A program made the translations under genes and the position numbers. Shown here in pieces: positions 26,201-38,200 of a stretch of 64,000 bases of DNA (within the stretch, counting starts at the first letter, position 1; the number at the start of each line of letters is the position of its first letter). The stretch is from assembly GCA_051362555.1 (NCBI GenBank), contig CM120645.1:24580934-24644933 (forward strand). Reading direction: 5' to 3'. The notes beneath the pieces were generated by a model. The model saw only the letters and a list, made by a program, of their open reading frames with translations, was not told the DNA's origin and made no database searches. This DNA comes from Lingula anatina (taxonomy: Eukaryota > Animalia > Brachiopoda).

Positions 26201-29200
26201 ACGAGACTGTACATTACATCATCCAGGAATCCCCCAACCTCAGCCAGTCACAAAATAGCATTTGTAAGTGAAACTGAGGTTAATAAATTATGTATAATTA
26301 GCTGGGAACTCCCCGAGATTTTCACCCCGTCTCTCTTTTCGAATGTAGTAAAATATATCGTCCAGAAAAGAAACAACAACGTATTCCTTATATTTACACA
26401 TTCCCAGTCAGTTTGAAAACTCGCCGGACATACGGTCCGACGATATAGGATTTTTTATCGGACCGAGACGAAATTTTCCAGGCATGTCCGACGGTCCGAC
26501 GCCTTTCGTAAAGTCTGATTTTTTATATCTGATTTTGTTGTTGTAGTATCTTTTTAATAGTTTAACAAGAGCAAGGAAAATTTATACCTTTTTTTGAGTA
26601 CTTTTATTGCAGTTTTACTAGTGTGGTTGCAAAGGCGTTCAGTGTAATGCATGTAAATTCAGATACTAGTAGCAGTGAAAATAGGTTTATTCTTAGACAG
26701 AGAATAGGTCTGCCAATTTACAATGATAATTATTAATAGTTTTTGAGGCACTTACAAGTCATACAAAAAAAGGAAAGGAATATATGCAGTTCAGTTTTGT
26801 CGTTTTAGAAATTTTAAGGTTATACTGTGAGTAAATTAGATAAGTAAACTGTGACTCAGTCTTAGTTTTTTATTCCAAGGTAAAGAAGAACAAATGATTA
26901 AATGATAATTATATGTGTAAGTGATTTGGTTTTGTAAAAGGTGCAAGGTTTTTAACATCGAGGCACTGGCAATACCCCCAAGGTTGGCACCATTCCCTCA
27001 CTTAACATTATCGGCCAAACTGTTGACATTAGTCCTGTTTATGGTCTGTTGTGGTGGAGTTTTGAACTTCCAACTCCATGTATTGCTATGGTAGCTGGGC
27101 TTCTCAAAGTAAGCAAAGATAATAGAAATGTAAAGGTGCTGACTTGGGGGAGGAAAGGGGGGGAGGGGGCCTTGAACCAGTAGGGATCAACATTTTATTA
27201 GACACATATTTAATAGTAAGTGTTATAGTCTTATAGTAAAAATATCAGGAATTGTAATCTGTGGTCACAATTAATTAGTTACGAACCACAGAATAGACAG
27301 GAAGATGCAGGTATGGCTAACCAGGTGTATAAGTTTATTATTGCTATCCATATCCAAGGCAATATAATGGTGAAGTGCCATGAACTATGGATGAACATAA
27401 TGTGTCAGCAGTTGCCAGTCAGGTATGGTAGTGAGATTTAAGTGGGGTTCCAGGTGTTATTACTGGGAAATAGTGGCGCGGTGAAGTATGCTTCTTGGAG
27501 TTATTCTGAGCAGTGAGAAAAAGATGCATTTAATTGAAATCCTGGCTGGTGTAAGACAACTGATTTCTTCCCAACATCTTATTGGTTGGCTGTTAAGTCT
27601 CTGCAGGCATGGTATGCTAGGGAGTTGTTTATAGGAATTTCTTTACCTTCAGGTGGAGCAAAAGTGCAGAGAGAGGGAATGAGGGGTGTTTTTCTTTTTG
27701 TGGCTTTACGTTATTTTGCTTCCACTTTATGGCTGTAGACCCCTGCAGCCACTGGTGACATTATCATTGTGTTCAGTAGTGTGTGCCTGCAGCTGTGGGA
27801 CTGTAGGCTGGATAAACTGCAGTTCCTGGACTACTCACTTCAGTACTGGTGGGTGTGGTGATCAGCTTACCTCAGTGTGGATACCCCTCTCCCTTCACTG
27901 GCTGGCCTCACTTCAGTACTGGTGGCTGTGGTGATCAACTTACCTCAGTGTGGACACCCCTCTCCCTTCACTGGGTGGCCTCACTTCAGTACTGGTGGGT
28001 GTGGTGATCAGCTTACCTCAGTGTGGACACCCCTCTCCCTTCACTGGCTGGCACATGGGGAGTGGATTCCTGACTGGAAGTGAAAGCAAGTGGTGAATAC
28101 CTATCACTACAGTCTAGTGCAGAAGCTGTAAGAAAACCTGTGATCTGAGCTGGTTTGTAGACAGCATCTGAAGAGAACTGATCACCTGGTTGGAAAGGTG
28201 TTTTCACAGCAGTTGTCTTTGATTGGGCTGAGCTGCTGTAAACTTGTGTTTGTCATAGGGAGAGGAGCCACTGCTGCTGCTGCACTGGTATTGAGCTACA
28301 GTTTGTGTCAAGGAACAGATTGAGAGCCTTGTTTTCTGGATATGCAGTGAATTTTCATCCTTGCTGCAAGGTCTGACATCTATTTTGTACAAATTTGATT
28401 TGGAATTGGCATAATTAGTGAAGGGCAGAGAGCTAAAGCCTTGTAGATTCATATCTAATGTGTTACTGTAAAACTGCAATTTGACCAAAGGAATATGTTT
28501 TATATTTTGAGTGCTCTGCAGTGATTTCTCAGCTGTGCGCTATTTGTGTAACAGTAGACGTCTACCTATCCAAGTCGTGATTAGATGGAATTCAAGTCAG
28601 GTTTCAAAGTACTTAATGATGGCAAGGTAATAATTTCAAATTAAATCTGAAGCAGTCAATCTTATTTATGCATGGCCATTCTTTTCAAGGAAGGAGAATC
28701 TGGCCCTGAAATCCTTGAACTCCATAGCAGGAAGAAGAAAGATTTGATAGACAGCTGATTGCAAATCTTTAATAACACTTACTGGAAATGACAGTAGTTT
28801 TTTCTGGTCAACAGAGTGGCTGACTCCTTATTCTGCTGTCTCTGAACACAAGATACAGGGAATATTTATAACAAAAATAGACTACATACAGTATAGGGTT
28901 CATCATCTCTTAGCCTGTTCCACAGGGTCACAACAGAAGACTGGAGAGACGGAGAGCAAGAAATCATTGGTTATATTCTATTAGCTTAAGACCTCTAAGT
29001 GACAAGAAAAGATAGCCTGCTTCCTTATCTGTACAGTTCTGGACAGTTAATACTAACTGAGAAAGGCAAATTTATTTTATACAACATGGGTTCAATTTTC
29101 ACTAAGTTAACTGCCTGGCGAAGGTCAGAACCCATTACTTCTCCTCCTAGTGTGGGAGAGGCACCTGCCACTGCAGAGGGAAAAGATCAAGGTAAAAAGG

Positions 29201-32200
29201 GATTTTTTTGGTAGCATGCATTTTACTCATACATTATTGCTTGTGCTTTGAAAAAGCTATTTTATTAGCATCTAAAGAAAGATACTTTTTAAGGATGATA
29301 GCTGGTGTCACTTTATCTGAAATTTTCTAAAAGATGAGATTCAGTGAAACATGCTTCTTTAATAATTTACAGAGCAATTATTGGATAGTATTGAACATTG
29401 TCATCTTCATTGTTAATGTCCTTATACTGTTTCTTCACCAGAGGTCCTGGTGTGATGTATGTTTGTGTGATCGTTGAACCAGAACATTTTGATATATAAT
29501 ATTGGTTGGGTCTGAAAATGGCAAGTTTGTCAGTTTTTGGTCAAATTATTATCATCACTATTATTTCTTTGTATTAAATTTGATGGGGGTGGGGGAGAAA
29601 GATAATATTTTTCTAAATTTTATTTATATATTATCTGTGCCTAATTTGTTTTACAAATAATGTCTTTAATGATCTTTTAAATAAAAAAAATATTGAATTT
29701 GCTTGTTAATACAAAAGTGACATTTTATAACTGCAAATTAATTATCATTTCTTTTGTATCCTGTCATTTTTTTTCTTTTTTTTTTTTTTTTCTCCATAAT
29801 TGGATATCTAAGCATGAAGGCAGTGTGTTAATTGGAATCGGATATTTTTTCTGGTAGAAATTACCCCATCTTGATAGGTGATATAGGTGAGAAAAACAAA
29901 ACAAATTATTTGTATACCTATAGGTAGTTGGATTCAGCAGAAATAAAAATTACCCTTTTGAAAAAAGTGTCTGGTATGATAAAATACACATTTGGTAAAG
30001 GTAAATGAGGTTTATTTTTGGTTTAAAAAAAGCTATTAAAAAGATTTTGATTGTGTTTTGGTTGATAACCTTGATTGATTTCAGCTGGGGTGTGGCTACT
30101 GTGATAATATTTGAAGAAAAAAAAACATTTATCTGAAGCACATGGACTCCTGAACACAAATCCACTTGACAATGTGTATAGTTAAAGGCTTGGATATCTT
30201 TGTTAATGCAAATGATGCAATTGCAATTAAAGTTGTATTGAAAATAACTAAGGTGTATCTCATTATCAGTCCTTGATGTTAACATAGGATTCACTCTCAA
30301 GGTGTATGGTATTATGTATTAAACTGGCCACATTCAGATAATTTTTTCTGGTTATAACCTTTTTTAGAAAAGCGCAGTAATAAGGTATCCTGGCAATAAC
30401 AGCATGGAACTAGAAGAGTGAATTTTTTCTTACTGAGATATTTAGTGAAGAGGAGCTGTGCTGTATGCTACTAGAGCTGTGCAGTATGGCCTTTACTATT
30501 TACATTAATTGGAATTTATGACATTCTCAACCAGTGCATGCTCTAAATTGCCTTGCATAATGCATTTTATGGCAGTGATCTTCTATGTTTATTTTAGGGA
30601 TTTGGCTCTTAGTAAACTAGTTTTCACATTTCTCTTTTCCTTTTTAAGAGAAAATTAAATTACACCTGTGAACACATATAAAGCATTTTAACAAGCAGTT
30701 TTTGGTGGTCTTCATAAGCCTAGTCTAAGACCACATTCCCAGAAATTAGATCGATCCAACTAGATCAACCTAACTCCCTGGGGGTTCATGTTAAATAGCT
30801 GTCAGCCGAGCGGGCACGAAAGTTAATTACCCCCTTACAGCTTGTAGTAGGCAGGACGGACATTTAAGCCAGATTATCTGACAGTAATCTAGTGAGACTC
30901 CCCATGGGGATAGATCGATCTAAATTCTATGGGAATGCACCCTAAGTTTTTATTTAAATCCCATCAGTCCTGCTTTCCCACAGAAAAAGTGTCTATAAAT
31001 TTTTTCAGCGCTTGTTCATTATTTTCTCTTGACAGTATTTTTTTTTTTTGTGCATGTTAAAAAGACATTGTTTATGCCTTGTTTCTTCCATGTATTGTGC
31101 AGCATCATCTGCACCTTTCAGTGTGGGCTGCAGGTGCAGGGCATTAAGAATAATGGATTTAATGGATGACAATGCTTTCTGATGTTACGTATTAAGTCCC
31201 TTTAGGCAGATAACAGCTATCCTAATTGTTCACATCTCAATATCCTAGTGCTAGAGGCGCATTTAGTGGTTTTTGTAAGAAACCCAGTGAGTGCTTATTG
31301 CATGGTTTCATTTGGATGGGAAGTTACACTTCTCTCTTAGCTCTTTGCAAGTTAGTTACACAGTTTAACAAATCGTCCTGCCAATTAAAAAATAATCAAA
31401 AACAGACAAGCTTTATGTACCAGTAGTAGAATGTAAGGCTAAGTGGGCCATTGTACCTTGAATTGTATAGATTTTTTTTCTCCTTAATGATACTATTCCA
31501 TTGTTTGACATCCTCTTCAGCATGTGGCCCTAGACAAAACATCAGGAGCAACGGATGTTGTATTCTTGACTGCTGGCTGTCATCTCACATGAGGGAAAGA
31601 CTTCATTATGAACACTTCATTTCAGCCTGTCTCTTGGCAGCTTAATCAATAGGTCACCTATTAAGGCAAAACTGTTTGACATTAAAAGTTACATCCACCT
31701 TGATGGTTGAAAGAAGTTTGGTTGATTGGTTCCAGTTTCCATGGAGGTTGCAATATTGGTAATTTCTAAAAGGAAAAAAAATTCTCTCTCTTTTTTTATT
31801 TTTTTAGCTGAAAGTTAAATTGTTATGACCACAATAACTTTTTACACAAACAAGCAGTAGTAGAGTAATTACTCAATCTTTTTAATGTAGGTAAAGTGTG
31901 AATTTTACGCCACTTTCTTTAAAGTTAAAATTACAACATTCCTATTGAGTATTAGCAACAAAATGAAATAAAGGCTACCTTATAGTTCTGTTCTGTGCAG
32001 TAAGTAAACCACAGATGCTGTATAGAAAAAGGAATATTGCAGTTATAAAATTGTCTGAAAATTTCACCATTAAAAAGAATGAGTAATTACTGTATTAGAA
32101 ATGATATCAAGAGCTATCCGTGTAAACATGTTACATAAAAAGGTTCATTGCTAATTCATCAGCGGGTGTTTCAATGACAGGTGAGCTGCTGTCAAAGCAG

Positions 32201-35200
32201 GACAGTCTAGCAGCGTATTAGACTGGGTTCCCATCCCTAGATCGATCTAACAGGATCAGTCCATCTCCATGAGGTTCCTCGCTAAATTGCTTTCAGTTTA
32301 AGTGGCTTAGATGTCTGGCACGCCTGCTAAAGCTGTTAAACAATAAATAATTACACCCTATCGGCTTCAGTAGGCGTGACAGACATCTAAGCCGCTTAAG
32401 TTAATAGCAGTTAAGCGAGATAGTTTGATCCAAAGTTAGTACGATAGCGTCTGGGAATGGTCTATTATTTTCAGTGTAGTATGCCCACTGTGTCCTGCAT
32501 GGATTGTTACAACTCCTTGCAGTCATGACTGAATGTAGGCCTTTCAAGTCTTGGCAGATTGTTGCCCATCTACTAGAGTTGATCCTAAAGCCTTTTGTGT
32601 CTCTTGTTATTCATGCACTGACCTAGACTTAAAGGCACCATATGATATATAGTATTATAACAAGATTTATCTGAATGATGAAGCCACAAGCCTAGAGATG
32701 TTTTAGTTACCATTTGATATAGTATAACCAGACTAATATAAATATTTCAGCCACAGGAAGGTCTTGATAAGTATCTTATAGTAGCCATTTCATATGTAGT
32801 ATAACCAAACTATTCTAAATATTTCAGCCACATTAAGACCTAGAGAAGTGGTCTTGATTTGAAAACTTGGGCCAGTCAAACCTGGTATCAGATATTGTAT
32901 AGATCTACATTTTGTCCTCCTATATCATTGGAGTTATGTATCCGTGGAAATATGATTGTGAATTGCGGGTAAAATTTGTTGAAAATCTACCAAATTGAAT
33001 GATACTTGCTTATCTTATCAGCTTAGTGGTTTAATGGTATGATAAAATCTAATCTGATTTTTGCTGAGATCATCAGTATTATTCTGATTGTATCTCACCC
33101 AGTGTCCTGTAAGGCAGTCATTTCTGATGTGATAAAATCTCATCCAAGTCTTTTCTAACACAATGGGTTGGGTTATCTCACCCAGTGTCCTGTAAGGCAG
33201 TCATTTCTGATGTGACAAAATCTCATCCAAGTCTTCTCTAACACAATGGGCTGGGTTATCTCACCCAGTGTCCTGTAAGGCAGTCATTTCTGATGTGATA
33301 AAATCTCATCCAAGTCTTCTCTAACACAATGGGTTGGGTTAGCTCACCCAGTGTCCTGTAAGGCAGTCATTTCTGATGTGATAAAATCTCATCCAAGTCT
33401 TCTCTAACACAATGGGCTGGGTTATCTCACCCAGTGTCCTGTAAGGCAGTCATTTCTGATGTGATAAAATCTCATCCAAGTCTTCTCTAACACAATGGGT
33501 TGGGTTAGCTCACCCAGTGTTCTGTAAGGCAGTCATTTCTGATGTGATAAAATCACACCCAAGTCTTCTCTAACACAATGGATTGTGTTCTATGTTGGTT
33601 GTTAGTATGGCTGCTGTGAAGTGCCCTGTGTGAACCATGTATTCATGTAGAAGGTCATAGATGTAGTGAGACAAGTTGATAAGTGATTGACCAAACAAGG
33701 AGCATGCCATTTCCCTACTCGTGGCTCAGACCAAACAAGGAGCATGCCATTTCCCTACTCGTGGCTCAGACCGTACAGGTGCTTCTTTATTCCCTCCTCC
33801 ATGATCTACCTCTCTGTACCTGGAATCCTTTCTTTTTTACTGTTGGTCTGTTTGTGATTTGTGTCTGACAGATTTCCGTCTATTTTTCTCTCTTATGTAA
33901 GCAGCTTTCTATCAGGATTGTAAGTACTCTCATGACCAAGTTAGCTGTAAGGTCAATGCAATTAAAAGTACACCTTAGTTAGAAATGAGTCCATAATACT
34001 TAATTATTAGAAATTGATGGTCATTTTGCTGTTAAACATTATGTAATATTGCATCAAAATTGAAAGGACCCTATTTTGAGCACTGCTTTCATAATGACCA
34101 TTTAAGGAAAACCATGTTACTTATGATCAATCTTACTGAAAAGATTCATAGGACTGAAATGCAGCTTGAGTTGGAAAAACCAGTCTCATTGCTTTCTCTT
34201 CTGGAAGCAGTGCAGTTCTTTATGAAATTTTCAATTTTCATATACTGGCATATTTTATATGGGACTAAGAACTCCCACAGGCATGAAGCCAAATGGTAAT
34301 CAAATTTTCTAAATGTCCATGTTTATAGTAGATACTTAAAAATTGTGGTAATTATACCATTAATCATTATGTAATATTTCGTCAAAATTTAAAAAAAAAA
34401 AAACTTTGTGCAATGCCACCACAAACATTGTGAAAAGAAAACTGTATTCCTTTTTATTTTGTCACTTATAAGAATGGTTCATATAATTGACATACAGCTC
34501 AAATTGCAATACAAGCTTGATTGGATTATAATTTTTTAAAAAATTTATGCAGTTTTTTTTTCTCATTCTGGCATTTTCAAAGTGTGAACTTGAACTCTCA
34601 TGGGCCTGAGGCCTTGTGCTAGTTACACATTTTACTCATATCCATATTACCTGTTGTGCATATTTAATTTGGTGGTGACTTTGCAGTTACGCATAATGTA
34701 TTATTACATCAGAATTGACAGTTGCCTATTCATTATTTTCTGCTTTTTGTCAGTACATTTGACAGCTCTGCTGCCTTATTTATTTAATGGAGTGACCTGC
34801 ATGTATTAATTTTTTTTATCAAAATTAAGATAGTGTCTGCTATTGAAATAAGTTCATCATTTATTAAATGCAGTTGTGAACTGCAGCATGTAGTGTAAAT
34901 GTAGTTATTGATGTAACCAGAGTGACTTGCTTATCAGGCTTCCTGGTGTTCAAACACTTAACTGCCTCCGTGGCTGTTTGTACTTCATAAAAGATTAAAA
35001 GAATAGCCTGTTATCTGAGGCTTAACTAGGCTGGGCTGGCTGCCCCTAACACAGTTAAGAGCATGCGGTGAAAATGGCTTTGCTGATTACAGACTGCTCT
35101 ATTAGTTTGACTTTAAGTAATCAAAAGGCCAGACAAACTTAATATTTTGGTTAAATTTTGAGGAAGCTAGAATATTTTTTCAGTTGAAAAAATATTAGGT

Positions 35201-38200
35201 ATTGGTTTGGTAAGTGGAAGATCCCAAGGAAAAATCTTAGAGCTGGTTGATGTTATTGTTTTTGAGCTGTAAATTAGCCCACACTGTAGATTTGAGTTTT
35301 TCCTTAGGTTCAATTGAAAGAAAAACTGACCCATCCTAAGACTGAGCTGCTATCCCTGTGTATACACAGTCGTCACTCGTTTATCAACTGATCAATTTTG
35401 ACTGGCTTAATTAATAATCAGTCTGGTGATTTTCTTTAGCCGCTTGGCTTAAAAGGTTTTGTGAATAAATACTTATATGAGAGTTACAATGAGTACATAA
35501 AATAAGATAAAAAAAAAGTTAATTTAAAAGATAAAAACGTTGATTTTATGTTCTTTAAAAATCAGAAAATATTTTGATATTGGTTAATATCATAGCATTT
35601 TTTTCCTGTCTTGAATTGATTTAATCTCACATTTAGATGAAGTTGTGACCAAATAGTGCAGGAGGCCATGTGTAGTTTTAGCTCATGTGCTCAGTTTAGG
35701 AAGCAGGGGCCTTTCAGCCACTATATCATCCTGAGTACAGGTGTCAGGCATTGGGGAGGTGGGCCAAAGGAGGAAAGATGGTGGGGGTACTTGAATTAGA
35801 GGAATTGTACAGTCATCTTTTGTAGTTTCCCTAGTAATAAACCATGCCTAGTTACCATGGGCATTTACTGGTGAAACCAGCTTGCCAGATTATAATTATA
35901 TTAAGAAAGGTCTAGCAGGTGTTCCCCCCACCCCCCTTGAAGGCCTCTGGTCAATGTTGGTGTGATCACAGTGTTAAGGTATCAAACCAGTTTTAAAAGC
36001 CACTGGTTTACGAACAGGTTGTTCTTCCATCATTATATTACCAGGAGCTATCCATGCCTGCTGATGGCTTGTGATCTATCATGAAGACAGCCCTGGAAGT
36101 CATTAGTATTGAGTAGTGATTGTCATGTGTATAATGTGACATACACAGGCAGAGAAACAGGTCTCTGTGCGCGCTAAGCCTGATTATCTTTCTAGAAATA
36201 ATCCAGAGATATCTTAAACAACCAGGTGGACAGATGTTGTAAATGTCTGAGACAAGATGGGAATATCTTGCTCTAGCATGGTGCAGCCACATGACCGGGA
36301 GTCTCCAAGGAATGGAGAAGTCAGCAAAGATAATACCCTCCCAGTTGAACAACAGCAGGATAGCAGAGAGTTCTCTAATAGTCCTAACTTACCACCAGGT
36401 AGTAGATATAGATGTAAGAGTTCTCTAGTAGTCATAACTTACCACCAGGTAGTAGATATAGATGTAAGAGTTCTCTAGTAGTCATAACTTACCACCAGGT
36501 AGTAGATAAAGATGTAAGAGTTCTCTAGTAGTCCTAACTTACCACCAGGTAGTAGATATAGATTGTGGTCACTTACTAGTAATGGTAGATTATGGATAAA
36601 GACAGTTTTGACTTATCTAAATTGTGTTAATAGTTTAAAGATGTAATATTAACCGTGTTCATGATAATTCAGGTGCTTTTGAAGTTGCAGATATTGGTTT
36701 CTTATGGATGTGGTTGATTTGTTTAAGAGTGTTTTAAAAGCATTTCGCCAAGTTTCATACCAGAGCTTCAGTTGAAAGTTGGTATTTATCTGAAGACAAA
36801 ATTTTTGTTATGTAATGGTTTTATCTTTAGTAGTCCACTAAGGTAAAGTTATTATTAATTTCAGACAAAAAAAACTTTTTATCTTTATCTATAAAATATG
36901 TCCAATAATGTCACTTAATTGGACTACAACACACTTATCTCGGGTTAAAGTAAACTGAATTTTTGTGTCAAAAAAATTACAACCATTATTCAACTTATGT
37001 TCTTTTTTGAAACTGTGACTCTCACTCAAGTTTTTTTTTTTTTTTTTTTTAACAAAAAAGGGAGAGGTGATTGTTGTTTGCTTTTGTCACTTTAAAGTCT
37101 GTTCAGTGAAACTTTTTAACAAATGCAATATGGAGGAAAGTATAAGATTGCATTCATTATATTAATTGGATCATGAAGTTGGTGTCTCATAACAGTGTCT
37201 TGAAAGAAAGATTGTGTAAGAAATTAGGAACTCAAGCTGAAATACATTTTCCATTGTATGGCTTGTTATAAAAAATGTGTTTCTGTGAGGCGTTTTAAAG
37301 CAGAAATTTGATGTATGGATTTTCACAGGTACAGTTGATGTGGATGTTTTGTGTGGGTTGGGAATTAATCAAATACATTTGGACTTGAGGAGATTTCATG
37401 GTGGTGGGTATCTTAAGTGTTATTCAGTTGCTGCAGATAAATAGTAATTCTGTGTAGAAATCAAACTGATGGTGTGAACATGGTTTGTGATCAGCTGTAG
37501 GGTTGTTTTTGATTGAGATTTAATTAAATAGGAGTGTGTGCCACAATAAGTCTCACACCATAACATGTTCTACATTGCCTGAGGTCAGCCCTCAGTCTGA
37601 AGGTTGTGTGCACTTGGCTATAATACCTTTAACCTGTGATGCCAGGCCAGTTCACCAGAAACCTCTCTCTCTTCTTCCCCCCCCCCCCCCCCCCCCCCCC
37701 CCCCAAGAATACTCACATAATATTTTATTAAACTAGTTTTGTTAGAGTAGCATCCCTGGCAATTCACAAGTATTATTTATTTATGGTACTACTTTTTGTC
37801 TTGAAGGATGTTATCTAGAAATCTTATTTGAGAAAAATATGTTATCTAGAAATCTTATTTGAGAAAAATGTGAGACTGTAATAATAATAATAATAATAAC
37901 AACAACAGCAACAGTAAATACTACTACTACTAATAATAAATAATAATAATAACAACAGTAAATAAAAATAATAAGAACAATAACAACAACAGAAAAAAAT
38001 AATAACTGTGAATAATAAAAATAGTGATGATGATGATGATGATAAAAGTGGGCCAGGATAAGATACTAAGTGAAAAGGGAAATAGAAAATGTTTTATGTC
38101 TCTGGAAGAGATCATCTTTACAATATTTTTTGCTGACATTACGTAGGGACCTTCATCCATAAATAAATAACAGTGTAAAATATATTGTTTATTTTGATAA

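Noticed and set aside
27078-28630. Other ATG...GT candidates ([10 protein letters not shown] near 27078, [12 protein letters not shown] near 28055, MEFKSG near 28585) as PRKAR2 leaders
   Set aside because: Wrong phase, weak donor context or no meaningful motif; some might be non-coding 5' exons but this is unsupported.
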